Positions 41,901-55,212 of a DNA stretch of 64,000 bases are shown piece after piece (the stretch's first letter is position 1; every line of letters begins with the position of its first letter). The notes below the pieces were generated by a model. That model was not told the origin of the DNA. It saw only the letters and a program-made list of their open reading frames with translations, and made no database searches. The position numbers and the translations under genes are program-made. Source of the stretch: Lingula anatina (lineage: Eukaryota; Animalia; Brachiopoda); assembly GCA_051362555.1 (NCBI GenBank), contig CM120642.1:33604001-33668000 (forward strand), read 5' to 3'.

Positions 41901-44900
41901 ATCTGGAAATACTATTTTGTTTCATTTTCTGATATTTCAAGCATGAGTACAGTTACTTTCTATATGAATTTACTATTGTAATTAACATCCTCAAAATCAT
42001 CCAGGAACAATGCCTTCAGCAGTCAGGAACTAATCCAACTTTTTAACAGAATTATCTGTCTTTACATATTGCAACGTACACACCAAAAATGACCGAATTC
42101 TCTTTCACCTGAACACCCCAGTATCAGCAGTCTCTGCTCACCTTGTAAAAAGGTACCCAGTTAACCTGCCTAATCTACACAAACTTACATAATGTGTGGT
42201 TTATGTGGCCACAAAGATCAAGATTCCGCAGTCCATTGATGGCTTACTGTTTGTCCTCACCATAATACAAACCATAAATAAGCTTTCCCTGTACACAAAC
42301 CCGTCCTATCACAACACCTGGGAGATAACACATACCTGGAGAGACCAACTCTACGCCCCTACTGGCACCTTCTACAACCCCCCAATGTCACAGACTTTAG
42401 CTGGGGACACCTAACTTTTCAACATTTTTCTTCAGGATTATTAAAATTGATGAAATCATTACTTGGTTGGTTCGTTTATTCTCTGTAATTTGTATTTAAA
42501 AAGAGTAAAATCATGCTTGAATGGCCCCAGGTGTGTTTGTGTATATATGTGTACACCTAGAGAAGAAACAACTTTTGGATACTGGTCACTGCACCATGGA
42601 CAATACAGATGTACCTGGCTATGTTGTTGTCATATGAGAAAGGAATGTCCACATGTTTGGGTGGCAGAGACACTGTATACAAATTAATAGCAGGGATAGT
42701 AAAGGGAATACAGCTGACAAAGTTAAGGCAATGCATTTCCCCTGTTAAGATTTAATCAGAAAATCAGATTGTCATAACATTAATGCTTGAAAAATGGCCT
42801 GCTAAATGTTTTCTTGCAACCCTGAATTGACCAGGAATTTTAACATGTTCTGGTTTCATCCATTTCTACTGCATGTATTAGAGAACTGATTTCCATCTAT
42901 TTTTGTGGAGTATTCAAGCTTTTATGAGGTGATGCACTGCTGCCTTAAGGCTCACAGATTATATGCTTTTTATTATCATCATCAAATTTTTCTCTCTGAA
43001 ACCACTTCAGCATACATGACAAGCCACAATGATATAAATACACAACTTCAAACCAATCTAAGTCTGTGTCCCTAAACAACACTGCCTGCAACATGACCCA
43101 TGGGGTTTTACTATTGTTCCACACCTAACAGATCAACGAGATATTTTCTGCAATTTTCCCTCATTAAATTTAGGTTTTGTCACCACTCCTTTGATCTCCC
43201 CCCTACAGGCCCTGTTAGGTTCTTTCTGTAGGCATATCACAATATCATATTGTTATATTTCTTCAGTACAAATCTACACAAGGAAAGAATACCTATAATA
43301 GAAACCAAAATGAGGAAAATAGGCTCTTGTGTATGTTCCGTTTTGGTTACAGAGAATGAGAAACACAAATCTGTGGCAAATCCAGAGCAGTTTAGGCAAA
43401 TATGGATTTCAATAAAAATATAACTATTTCAGAAAAACAAGAATTATGCATGATTGGTCCCAGCCCTGGTTCCAGATGCATGACTGGAAAGTATTGCTCA
43501 CTTCACTTCAAAGTGAAGGCAAGCGGAATTAAATAGCCAGCGGTCAAAATTTTCAACTACTGACCCTTGTAACAGGGTATCACACTACCAAGCCAACACA
43601 ATGGACGACTAATTTTCTTGAACGCATTGTGGTTTGAAAATAAGCTTTGTCAGAGGGCAAGGGTCCTAACCTGTGAATAAGATGGCTCAAATGGACAAGC
43701 AGTGTTTCTGCTGACTTGTTGACTACCACTGATTATTCAAGTCATAGAGTTACATTTTACTGAAACTACTTTTATATCACTGAAAATATGACTTGTTTCA
43801 CCCTTTTGTTGAAACTTTCACCAATTGCAGGTGTGTTCACATTTGAGAGAAAAAAGGAGAGCCCATCTGACATCACTGGACAAATGATGTGACCAGACAG
43901 TTACCAGTCAAGCAGAAGACCACCTGTGAAATGAAGATAAAGAGGAAGACTAGAACTAAGGCTGCGTTCACATGCAAAATCTATTTTCTAAAAATCTAAA
44001 AATCTATTTGCGGTATCTTGTGATCATGGTCCGTGCCCCAAATATCCCACGGCGTAATTACGGGCAGCGCGAGCCAGTTACATCCAAAGCTGTAATTTAT
44101 TCTCATGTGAACGGTCCCTATATCCAGTTTTGATGAATATCTGAACATCCTGGTGCCAAATACCATAAAGATTGGTTTCAACAGAGTTCCAGATCCTCAG
44201 TTTGTTAATGAGGCCAGTGTGAACACACCCCGGACTGATCATATGCAGATCAAAGGCAATTTTGTGGAAACTTTACCACAGAGGTGTGGCGGGGTCAGGA
44301 CATCTGGCTCACACCTAGCCTGCAAATGAACTGATTGGTCTTTTTCTACCTTGTATTCCTTCTCCTGAACCAATCCATCTTCCTGAGACTGACACACACA
44401 GAATGTGAAGACTTCTCTCTACTACACAGTAACTGTGCACTGATGTTCTCTTTGAACTTCTTCTACTGGCTACATTACATCTTACATTTTAAACCCAGTT
44501 TCCTCTCTCCATTGTGTTATGGTTTGTGTAGAAACATAAATTTTAGCAGTGAAGCCTCCTCTTTGAATTGAAGTTTATAACAAGGTATAAGCAAAAGCAA
44601 ATCAATTATCTTTTAACTTTTTACTTACATATATTTTACTTGATAATGTTTATGTAGGAAGACAAAGAAAAAAAGACAAGTGATAATGTTATGCAAATTT
44701 GTGTTGTTTCTATATGTTGCTGGGGAAGGGAGGGGGGAGCAAGAGTTTTATAAACCTCATAACCCATCCAGCAAGCATGGTAGACTCTAGTTAGTACAGA
44801 GAGCCCTAGCCAACACAGTGTGGAGATAAAGTAGCCGACTTCCAAACCTTAATTTGTACAGGGACTCACAAATGGCTCTAGCTCATGATAATGAACAAGG

Positions 44901-46215
44901 GTTCTGTTGAATAATGAGATGGATATGGTTTGAGGATTAAGATCTTATGCAAGAATGATTAGCTTAGTCTACACTAAACTGCAATCAAACAAAACGGGCC
45001 TCTCGGGTGACTACTTGACTAGAAGTCAGATCAGTATTCACAACTCTTTCCTGCTTTAGTCACTGACTGGTAATTATTTTAAAAGCAACATTTTGTGGCT
45101 TTCTGCATCTTTTCAATTAAAAAAAATAATAATAAATAAAAGAAAAAAATGTGCAAATTTTCTATATGGCTTCCTTAATTTCTTTCTCATGTCCATATCA
45201 AAAGTGTTTATTCTTTCAAATATTAAGATATTTTTCACCTCCAATACACCTGCCTTCAAGCACAGTGACCAAGATTGCCAGATGCCCCCCTCTCCCTTAA
45301 TTATTATCACAGGAGGTCAGGATAATAGGTCCTCAGGGGCAATGAATTCAGAAGCCAGTTAGCTACTTATTAAGAGCTTGTCCACGAGAGAACCAGCCCA
45401 GGGTGGCAAGGTGGGGGTCAGCGGATTTCAACCAAATTTGTTGTATGGAGGCATATTAGGAAGTTATTCATGAGTTAGGAAGGAATCCCAAAAATATCTT
45501 TTCTTCAGAGAATTATAGCCTATTATAAGTCATGGCTTATGTGGCCTCTTTGAGACTCCATTTTTACCTTGGAAAAATAATGATAAATTTTGTGTAAATT
45601 AAACAAAAATGGAGAAAACTAAAAAATATTAGACCTTACAAACATTGAAAACAATCATTTGGCTTGCCACAGATATATGTAGAATTCAGATAAGACCCTG
45701 CTTGGGCGAGCCACACCCATTTATAACACCCCTCCCCCCAAAGTCCAATTTTGACACTACCATCTTTAATTGCATATATCTCCATCTTCACAGGGTTTAC
45801 AGCTATAAAACTGCATGAATATTTTAGGCAGATATGGATCACTCCAAATCAAGTTTCAAAAGTTACTGCTGTATTAAAACAGGTACTGAAAAATACCCCC
45901 AAAGTTGGCCATTTTTAAGGCAAAAAATCGTGGTGGATTCATTCAAGTCTATGTAGACAATGGGTTTGATTAATTTATTAAAACATTTTGCTCTACAATG
46001 TTGTTACTAAATTAATAGGGCTGGTGAGCATGGAAAGTGGATGTGTTCTAATGAATATCAGGTCAGTGGGTCATAGGTCAAGGTCATTGGGCTTCATTTT
46101 TGTAAATTGTCATATATGGACTTTTTCATTTGTATGGACAAAAAGTTAAGAGGAAATAAATCTTAGATTCTATTACTTTGGATAAGCACTGGCAATTAAC
46201 TTGAGAGTTTACATG

Positions 46216-46276
<61 letters not shown>

Positions 46277-49200
46277 TCAATTTGGTGAATACAAATTAAA
46301 ATCTTAGTTTAGTGAAGATTTCTTTTTGGTGCAATATTTATCATTTAGAGATCCGGATATGCCTTATAGTATTTATGAGATCAAAGCCAGAACAAATCTT
46401 TTTTTTAATTTTCAAAAGTTTTTTTTAATCATCCACACCACTTTTTGGTGACTATTTATGAGCAAACAGTAACTAAAAAATATTCAAATTAGTTTATTTT
46501 TGTCTCAGATGAATAATTACAAATAATAAAAAAATCACAAAATTATAATACAGCAATACATGCAAAGCAGTGCAACATTAGTTGTGATCATTACAACCTA
46601 TATCATAATGTAAGGTCTAGCAAAACAAGATAATTCCATTCAAAAAGCAAAACTAACACAACTGCAAAATATATCCTGGTGTTATGAAACATCTTAACAG
46701 TTTTATATCAAACATTACAGCTCATAACATCAAAGTTTATAATACATTCAAAAATAACTGCCGATTTTTTCTTCCTGAATAGTCTGTAACCCTCCTTACT
46801 GACATTTCAATCTCATCTTCATGCTCACAAATGCTAGGTTCTGCTGGCCTGTTTCTTGTGCCCTTCTAAACTCCTTCAGTAAAAACTCCTTTACTTTATT
46901 TGAATATAGTTTAGAGTTCTCTAGGTATAGTCCCAGTTGGTACATTTGCCACAGAAAAACCCAAATTAACTTTAACATCAGTATCACTCATATTAAAACT
47001 GCTCAAGGAAGAGAGACACCTTTTCTCATGTTGTAGGAATCAAGAAAGCCAAATTGTTGTAATTGGACACTCCAGTCCACGCAGGTTTGGAAAATGTCTG
47101 TCTAGCTGGATGTAGAAAATGGCAGCAAAAGCGCACCCCTCCACTCCATCTGCAGAAACTAAGGACTCATGCATCTCCTCAGCATTTGTTATATTGTGGC
47201 TTTCATTTACATACATGCCTTTCTACAACATCCATCATTTCCACACTAGTTTCAGTTTCTGCAAGGCTTTGGACTCTTTTGCTGACCATAAGATCACTGT
47301 GTGTCAAATAAAACCTCTCAAATGTGCCTGAAATATAAATATAGCTTACTATAGACACATGAAAACACTTATCTCAAAGTTAATTGATACGTTGATGAAA
47401 AATAAATTATTATCCCATGTGTCAATGTTTTATAGGTAAGACATGGTTTCGAATATAAATTATGATGAGACTAGCAATTTTGCCAAGACCAGCCCTAACT
47501 TCAATCTAATTCCAATTGTTACCCTTAAATTTATTTTACCCAAATACCCTTAAACCAACCTAAATACCTACACAAATCTTAAAAGATAGAATTATCACAG
47601 GTCCTTAGGCTGCATGAAATTTCATTATTTGAAAGGGGGCATTTTTCTTTAAGAAAAAAAAAAAGAAAAAAATGGACCGTTTACCATTAAAAAATTGCAC
47701 CTAGATCATTTTTCTGAGTGACCTTTTTTCTGGCTTTTAGCCTGTATTAAAATACAAACAAACCCGTTTCTTACCTGAACCAAGTGGCACCAGTAATATT
47801 CAAATGGCTTTTTGTCTACACTGACATCTGCAAGTTAATCCCATGACATATTTCGTTATAGGCTCGTTTTTCCCTGTGTGGATGGTTTCCAGCACAAACC
47901 AAGCCCATATCCCTATGCTGGTCACATGGTGTAACCCATTCATTCTCCCAAAGATACTTGAAAATGTCCAATTGCGGTCATCGGAGACAAAAGAGTCCAC
48001 ACCTGACAAGAATCAGTTTGCTTTCGTAACTCACGCTGTTTTGCTTCACGTAAACGCGACAAAGACGACTGTTAATATCTCTGTTGCAGTTTTTCAATAC
48101 ACTACATGTTTTTTCATATCTGTAGACACAGTATAAACCACATGATATACGACTTCGGTGAGGAAGATTTGCAAAGAAACAGTCTGCGCTTTCCGCCATG
48201 TTGGATAATCACGCTGTGTTGTTCTGTCGTTAGTACATTAGTTTCACATGATTTTAAAATGTGTTAGATGCTTGTTTTAACCAGAAAAAAATTAGAATAA
48301 GTAAAATGAAGATATAAAGCTCAACTGACAGTGTTTTAAACCATTTGTTGACTTGAAAGAGATAGCTGAAGTTGAGTGCACCGATATATGTGTCCAGATA
48401 TATTTACGAAAAATGAAGAAATTAGGTAATGTTCTATCTCTTACAACGGACAAGTTGTAGAACAGCAGTAAGTTTTGATTTCATGTATAAATAGATTAAT
48501 GAGTTATCTGTTAGTCCTGAACACGCTTTACCCCAAAGACCTGTGAAGATGAAGATATTGTCAAAAATAGAAGGGGGGTGTTCAAAGCATGTGGATCGTA
48601 GCTCTGAGAAAAACGTTTAGTTTGTTACCATGGAAACAAAGAGGGTGAAAAAATGTATATCATTTTAATCCCCTATCTTTAGGTTATAACATATCACCAA
48701 ACTAAATCATTAAGTGACACCTGTATAAACTGTAAGGCCAATCAATATAACCCTGTTTTTCAGATTAATTTTTGGTTGATTAACCCCCCCAAATTGTGAC
48801 TGCCCATATCTCTGTAGGTAGGGATTTTTTTCAGGAAATATTGCAGCCTCAGATATTGTTCATATAAAAGTTCAAACACACCAAATATGGTGTAAATCCG
48901 TTCACCCCCGCCTTGCCGCATTTTCTACATTTGGTCTGGTTTTCTCGTGGACACACACTTAATTACTTAACTTGATCCCCCTTATCACAGGAGGGACATT
49001 CTTGTCTAATCTGTGATTTCCACCTGGTGACAGAGGTGGAGTGACCACTGGTCATCTACCTGGCCACATCTGCCTGTAATTAAGTACAGTGGTCACATCA
49101 CTGCCTATTGTTAACACAACAATACACTTCCTGCTGGCTAGTTGGACATCAACTGGAAGGGACCCTGCCCCAGCACCTATCTCGAGAGCACCCAGGAAAT

Positions 49201-51899
49201 GGTGGCCGGGTGTTATATGTATATTCTTTATCCCAGTATTTACCCACCACGTATTTATCAATTTGTCCGGTCTATTCCCCAGTGTTCAAACTACCAGGTT
49301 AAGTACCTCTATTTTCCACCAGATCAAGTTCAAGATGGTATTGTGGTTCAGTCGGAGACTGCTTGGTTAACACTACATGTTTGCTGAGCATACAATACCA
49401 AGTTTTCCTGTCCACAATACCAGTAGTGTACCAAATCACAATGTACCGACCACAAACACTGCGACATGAATGAGATATACATACACGCTTCATGGGAGAA
49501 AGGGTCGCTGCATAAAGTGTCTATGAGCGAGGAGGTTTTTAACACAAAAAATAGTGTGATTAAGGAAAAGGGTGGCAGCTTACGCACTACAAGTGTCTGT
49601 CTGGGCATGAAGTTCATACCTGAGAAGTTTTGAATTAAAACATAGCTCAGCCCTGTGTTCAGGCTGTTTATAAACATCCCTGCAGCAAAGCAATTCTGAA
49701 TTTTCAGGTTAATTTCCATCTTTCTATAGATTCTGAGTTATCATCAACTCTAAACACTGAAAATTGATCCACGAGGGTGATTTATTTACTAACAGGCCTA
49801 AGGCAAGGAATTCCTTCTGAAGCTGTATGAATGAAAGAAGTTCTGTACAGAAATAATATAGCCAGCTCCGTGCTCTATAATAATGCTCATTCTACTATGG
49901 CAATTACCATTTATCATTTATTCCAGCATATTGCATGTACTTTCACATTATTCTGTGACCTTGATATCCATCTACAAGCATTTCCTCTCAATTAGCAATA
50001 ACCAGATAGATCTTTGCCTGAAGAGAAGGAGGAAAATGCTGTCACTCCCACAGTACAAAAAGTTTGAAGTGGAGTCTTTCAAATTTATTTCAAAATAGGA
50101 CAGAATGCCACAGAAAATATGTGCCAATGTCAAGTCTTGATAGTGGAAGCAGCTGAGAGCTATGGAATATCAAGAAAGATATAATGTGACAAAAAGTTAT
50201 GTAAATGTAGAACACAGCTACAATGTGAGATTTATTTTTAACACAGACTTGGGTGCAAACTAGTACTGTGGCTTCCTTCAGCAATGACTTCTCTTGTTTG
50301 GGGACCACAGCCATGTAAACTGGCCACACTGGAGAAGAACATAAAACTAAATCCCACAACATCACATCTTACAACAATACCATTGTCTGTTTGTATTTTA
50401 AGCCAAGATGGATCTTTGTACATGAAATAATTTAAACACAAGTCTGTGGTGTTATTGGAACCACATTGTTTTCTAACCCTCCCCACATATCAAAAGATTA
50501 CCAGTAATCACATTTACGTCTCAAATGCCATAAGACAGGCCACAATCTCTGACTGCACCGGACATGAAAACCTGTCCACATGAGGCATCTTCCTCCATGG
50601 AGGAATAAAAGGAGCTGCTTATAACCCCATCCACATGGGGACCATTAGATCTGACTGAAATGTGCATAAAATATGGGCTGCGGAAAAATGTACTGGATCT
50701 AACAAGCTGTGAAAATATTTCTAGCCACTTGAAGCCAGGAACTTGTGGGAACCTCCCTCTCGGCCCCAGACAAAGAAACACAGAGAACAGCTGTGGGGGG
50801 AAGCCAGAGAGAACGGATTTTTAAATGGTATATTGTGCTAACTTTCACAGTTGAAGCTTTCTAACTCAGATCTAACATGTAAACAGAATGCAAACATGTG
50901 ACTGCACAACTCAAAGCTTATTATTACTGCTTGACATCTTGGCTGGAAATTTTGACTAAAAGTATTTCATGATTATTGAAAACATTTTTTTGAAGAAGTC
51001 TTACACTTGAATCTCACTGTTCAATAGGGTTGAATTTCAGATGAATTTAAAAGCTAAAAACAAAAAATCTTGATGTCTATGCTAGTGCCATGCTGGTTGC
51101 ATTTCTCTTATTTATGCAAGCAATGTGATTTCCACTTTCGGTGTGATTTTCTGTGTAAAAACAATTTAGTGTCAACAAACCTCTCCAAGCAAGACATAGT
51201 CAACACTGGGATACATTAGGTTGATCTCCTCCACTTTACTTCAGGGTGGGTATTGTTATATAAGAACACATGCAACAGAATTTAACCTCATTGGACTCCT
51301 TCTTTTTCATTTTCATGAATGAATATACTAGTATGTATGTTTTAATTAAAGGTTCCCTGATATTCACTTATGTAATTTTTCTTTTGTTTTACTTTCTGTC
51401 TCAACTTTCTGGAATATATTTAACATTAAACAGAAGTACACCATGCATCAAAGCTATAGTAAAACACTGAGCTCAGTTTATAAAATATTATTGACTTACC
51501 AAGATGAAGTGTAAGGTTGACGCTGTTAGGATACTGAATTCCTTCATTCATGGTTTCTGATTGCCACCAAGTCATGTTATCGTTGTTGTTAAAATCCGTC
51601 AAATATTCAGGAGGGTGTCGCTTGCTGGTGTCTCTAGCGTCGCATACTTCGCAGTATCTTTTATTACCAGCAACAAGAGTCTGTACACAGAATTCCGTCG
51701 GACCGGGGAGTCCGCAAGTGTTGGTGGCGACGACTTTCCGTCCGTAGGCAGCGTTCACGAACTCAGGAACACAGCGCTGAGGGCGACCGTCATCGGTGTA
51801 GCAGCTACTTCGCCGTGCCGGTTCCTGAGCTTCTGCTGAGTGTAGCCATAAAGCACATATAAGGGATATCACAAGAACAGGTTGCTTGTAAAGTTTCAT
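6674..51899 (-). CDS. LAMC1: Laminin subunit gamma-1 (LanB2/lam-2 type), 27 coding exons, ~1627 aa
   Basis: Exons 5'->3': 51500-51899, 30115-30416, 28432-28562, 21328-21500, 19455-19643, 17907-18024, 17404-17511, 16437-16573, 15823-15945, 15152-15454, 14564-14788, 13937-14122, 13231-13360, 12924-13036, 12459-12620, 11916-12068, 11485-11625, 10960-11154, 10311-10620 (acceptor may be at 10602), 9958-10095, 9455-9632, 8963-9085, 8467-8581, 8004-8203, 7678-7836, 7338-7437, 6674-6945. All GT-AG; total 4884 nt, in frame. Signal peptide, LN domain ([39 protein letters not shown]), LE repeats, L4 domain, nidogen-binding NIDPNAV, coiled coil, tail [12 protein letters not shown]. Confidence 0.96.
9252..9426. 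mobile_element. 175-bp MITE (Harbinger-like), copy 1
   Basis: TIR GGCCCCATTCAGAATAGGGAACTAA...TTAGTCCCATATTCTGAATGGGGCC; homologous to 53297-53471. Confidence 0.8.
13731..13940. repeat. ~66-bp tandem repeat (3 units) derived from the laminin exon 12/intron 12 junction
   Basis: Unit (minus strand) GCAGGTATGGAAACAGAGCTAGATAAAATAATTCATGGA...; the first unit overlaps the true donor GCAG|GTAGGG. Confidence 0.85.
16791..16879 (+). repeat. 33-bp tandem repeat (~2.7 units) with CTCF-like motifs
   Basis: TGATCACCAGAGGGCAGCAACTGGCTAACACAT units starting at 16791, 16824, 16857. Confidence 0.85.
20013..20097 (-). CDS. LAMC1: Putative alternative first (signal-peptide) exon of laminin gamma in intron 4, giving an LN-less gamma-2-like isoform
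   Basis: ATG at 20097 (context CCATCATGA; in-frame TAG 12 codons upstream). Encodes [28 protein letters not shown]. 85 nt with phase-1 donor C|GTAAGT, matching the phase-1 acceptor of exon 5 at 19643 (joined R-CECNGKS). Confidence 0.7.
26058..26100. repeat. (CA)n microsatellite
   Basis: Direct reading. Confidence 0.95.
27142..27278. repeat. 23-bp minisatellite, 6 units
   Basis: CTGTAAACAGAGGACAGAAATYG x6 (first unit CTGTAAATAG). Confidence 0.92.
33049..33601. mobile_element. ~550-bp non-autonomous DNA transposon (Harbinger-like) in laminin intron 1
   Basis: TIR TACCCCATTCACACTA...TAGTGTGAACGGGGTA; internal GCGTTCACACT repeats; CpG-rich compared with flanks. Confidence 0.7.
43960..44230. 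mobile_element. Degenerate Harbinger-like MITE
   Basis: TAA-GGCTGCGTTCACA...TGTGAACACACCC imperfect TIRs; CpG-rich interior. Confidence 0.45.
44484..44623. repeat. ~140-bp dispersed repeat, copy 1 (copy 2 at 58137-58287)
   Basis: ACATTTTAAACCCAGTTTCCTCTCTC...GAAGCCTCCTCTTTGAATTGAAG...TTATCTTTTAACTTTTTA near-identical at both sites. Confidence 0.85.
45374..48958 (-). mobile_element. Decayed, internally deleted Sola3-like DNA transposon
   Basis: TTAA at 45370-45373 and 48959-48962. Termini GAGCTTGTCCACGAGAGAACCAG and (reverse complement) GTGTGTGTCCACGAGAAAACCAG, with further imperfect subterminal symmetry. Minus-strand frameshifted remnants ([32 protein letters not shown]|gtaag, [20 protein letters not shown]...MKMR) resemble Sola3-type transposase ends; this match is from recall. 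Confidence 0.7.
46218..46274. repeat. (TA)n microsatellite within the Sola3-like element
   Basis: Direct reading. Confidence 0.95.
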
Positions 51900-52851
51900 A
51901 GTTCTTACGATCGTAGAAGTCCTTGCACTTGGTTTCTCCTTCCGACACCTTCTACAATCTACCGCCATCCCCTCAACCAAGGTGGACTTCTCGCAATGCC
52001 TCACGAGAATGTCGCTCTGGTGCCGAGAGAGGGCGCACAAGACGCACCTGGTTGGTCGTTTCTCAATCGAAGGAACATGCAAAACGCATTGGGTAGTGCA
52101 GAAAGAATGATTCATCATCTAATTGAGAGAGTGCACCACAGGAATGTTGAGAAATGAAATATGTTTAAGTGAACGCACATTGTGTGCTCTTCAAACAATT
52201 GTTAACATTTATAGTATTTTTATAAATTGGTTTGCAATGAGCTGGATGTTCAATTAAAATTCTTTACAATTTAAAGAGAAATTAGCATTTAAAAACGTCT
52301 ATTCTGATTTGTGATTTAAATTCTTACAAATGAAAGTAATATTACCTAACATCGTACCAGTGCCACAATGAAAATAACCCGATTCAGAACAACAATAAAA
52401 AATAAAATATGTACTTTAAATTATAGAGCTTAGAGACATGTCAGATTACAGAAAATACAATACTATAACAAAGAGCAAGAATATTTTGGAAGTTTTGTAT
52501 CCAATTTTTCACATTAAAGCAGCTGCATAATACAAAGAAAAATTAATTGCACTCCAGTAAAAACAGTGTCCCACTTCAGTGGCAATAGTTTTATTTCAGA
52601 AATGTTACAGAAATAAGTGAAATAACTTGAATTCCTTGGTTGCGCGTGAATGCATGCCATCATTCTCACAGCCATATATGTAGTAATTTGTCACGATTCC
52701 TTGAGGCAAATAGAAGCAAATGTGAAAATGCCCATTGCATTTGTTGTGCTGCATGTTATTTAATAACACTGTCTCTACTAACCTATTCACTGCTTTTCCC
52801 TCTCCTCTAATGCAATTTGTGTCCTGGACAAGATTACACTTTCACCTCTTA

Positions 52852-53143
52852 GACCGCATTCACAACGAGTTGAGCCAAATCCACGAACTAAATATGGCGG
52901 ACATACACAAAAGAAAAACCGCCTAATCTTTTTATAGTCTCTTCGCCTCCCACACGCCTCCCCACGCGTCGTCCCTGCAGGGGTACATTCATTAAATCTC
53001 GGCTCCATTGGGACAACACATGGGGAGGCGTGTGAGAGGCGGAGAGACTATTAAAAGATTAGGCGGTTTTCCTTTCATGTATGTCCGCCATATTTAGTTC
53101 GTGGATTTGTAGAGCCATGGCTCAACTCGTTGTGACTGCGGTC
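52852..53143. mobile_element. ~290-bp foldback MITE upstream of laminin gamma
   Basis: ~120-bp inverted arms GACCGCATTCACAACGAGTTGAGCCA...TGGCTCAACTCGTTGTGACTGCGGTC; TTA on both sides. Confidence 0.85.
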
Positions 53144-53296
53144 TTACTGTGGGGATAGCTTTCCTCTTACAGTTACCGCATCTCTCAAAAACTCTCGAGT
53201 CTCAAAGATATCACTGTAATTAAACTTTCATTAAAATACCTTGAAAAGTGTGAAAACAATCTGTAGCTTAGTGTATGTTAATATACTTATGCCATA

Positions 53297-53471
53297 GGTC
53301 CCATTCAGAATAGGGAACTAACCAGTCCGGGGATCAAATATGGTGACCCACCACAAAGCTTGTCACCTAATCAGCTAATAGACAGTGAACACATATCCCG
53401 TGGGGAAGTATTCAAGTGGCTCGGTCATATTTGACCGTCAGACTATTAAGTTCCCTATTCTGAATGGGACC
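53297..53471. mobile_element. 175-bp MITE (Harbinger-like), copy 2
   Basis: TIR GGTCCCATTCAGAATAGGGAACT...AGTTCCCTATTCTGAATGGGACC; same family as 9252-9426. Confidence 0.8.
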
Positions 53472-55212
53472 TTAGATTGTAGCATGTTAATAGCATATGC
53501 TGGTTCTCTATCAACTTCCAATGCACTTCCTAAAATGTGTCTAATGGACATTTGCTAACACACAGGTCAAGCCGTGTTAACAGCTAGGCTTACTTTTAGA
53601 ACCTTGTTTCTACAACTGAGAACAAACCATATAAGCAAGTTTTTTTAGGAAGCTTAATTGAAATATCTGTGAATATAAGCATATTTTAAGGGTGAACTTA
53701 GTAGTACTTCTAGTTACTCAAGAAAAAAGAACTGATATGTGAACAGTTTATTTCTCTTGAATTTTAGACAACATAACATAATTTCAAATGTTATTAAATA
53801 CATGCAATTTCTTTTAATACAGTCTTAAAATATTTTTTATAAACATGAATCTGTGCTTAACAGCTAAATAAATAAAACTGGCCAAAATAGCAACACTTAC
53901 ACAAATAGAGACTGACACAACTGACACAAATATGATGCACCAAATGGCCATGTGTGAACAGCAAAATACATGGGAAAAAAACTTCTTTGTCAATTGCATA
54001 AACCCAAGCAGAACATTAATAACCTAATATCACTTATACATTACCTGCGCTCATAACAAAATTCACATTCAAACCTGTAACACAATCTTATATTTGACAG
54101 TAGTGGATACACATTAAAAAAACACATGCTTTGTCATAGCCGAGATCAGGCTCCCCCCCCCCATACTATTATAATATATAAAGGTGTGCTGATGCAACAT
54201 AACGTATATATTTTTACTGTATTTGTTTTTAATCCCAAACATTTACATATCAGACTTCCTAAGCCAGATTAAGCTTGATATGTTTACCAGATATCCATCT
54301 AAGATGTTGATATGTTTATTTGTTAATTTTCTATAGAAAAGGGTTCGTTATTTTTCTCTGGATTGCTGTCTTAATGAATAAATGTAATATTGCAACAAAA
54401 TTTCACATATTGCCTTAACTACCTGATAAAATAATGAAACACTAACATACTCTGTTACGAACAAATGCCAAATATCAACGTGTTTTGCAATTGCACCAAT
54501 TCAAAATGTTAACTTATGTTTTAATTTAACACAAAAAAGCAAAAAGAAAAATCATATTGCATTATCAATAATATCTCCAATATTTACACTTGCTTCACAT
54601 CCTTGTTCTTATAGAACTGCAGCTATAATTTCATGTAATTTGTGTATAATTCCAGAGACTAATATACTTGGCAAACTGAACACAATGACAAGAAGGTATA
54701 CATTAATATGTACATCTTAAAATGCTCCTCATCATACTGTTCATATTAAAGCCAGAATAATGTAATAATATGAGGGGAAATTTTGCACATTGTTCGTACT
54801 CGATATTTCCACAATGTTGTAAATTGACTGATAATTTATTTAAATGCCTTTATTCTTATTACCTACCAACAAGTTCTACTAATAAACAGTTAACATTTAC
54901 TGACAGGAATTCATATACTAAATATATCCTCATTTCTAATAATGTACGTTGTATTCTGTCAACAAGAGCTAATCAAAATCATATATTAAGCAAATTATTG
55001 GAATGATATATTCCAAAATGCTAAATTTGATCCCATTTATAATTTTTTCTTAAATACCTAAAGCTTACTTGCCCATTCAAATAAACAATCTAAGGTGTAT
55101 TGTACTATGACTCAATAAATAATCATTTATCCACCCCCCACCCCCCCCCACAAAAAAAAAACTTACAGGAACCTAGCTCTTACAAAACTTTAACCAATTT
55201 CCCAAAAATTAA

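Noticed and set aside
30417-51499. Nested protein-coding or RNA genes in laminin intron 1
   Set aside because: The short ORFs lack recognisable domains or exon chains; no tRNA, rRNA or snoRNA could be supported by eye.
28432-51899. Netrin gene (LN + LE domains)
   Set aside because: Exons continue in frame into L4, LEb and coiled coil; no NTR/C345C domain.
51900-52118. 73-codon in-frame N-terminal extension of laminin
   Set aside because: The signal peptide follows the ATG at 51899; the upstream part has no laminin similarity and is probably 5' UTR or promoter.
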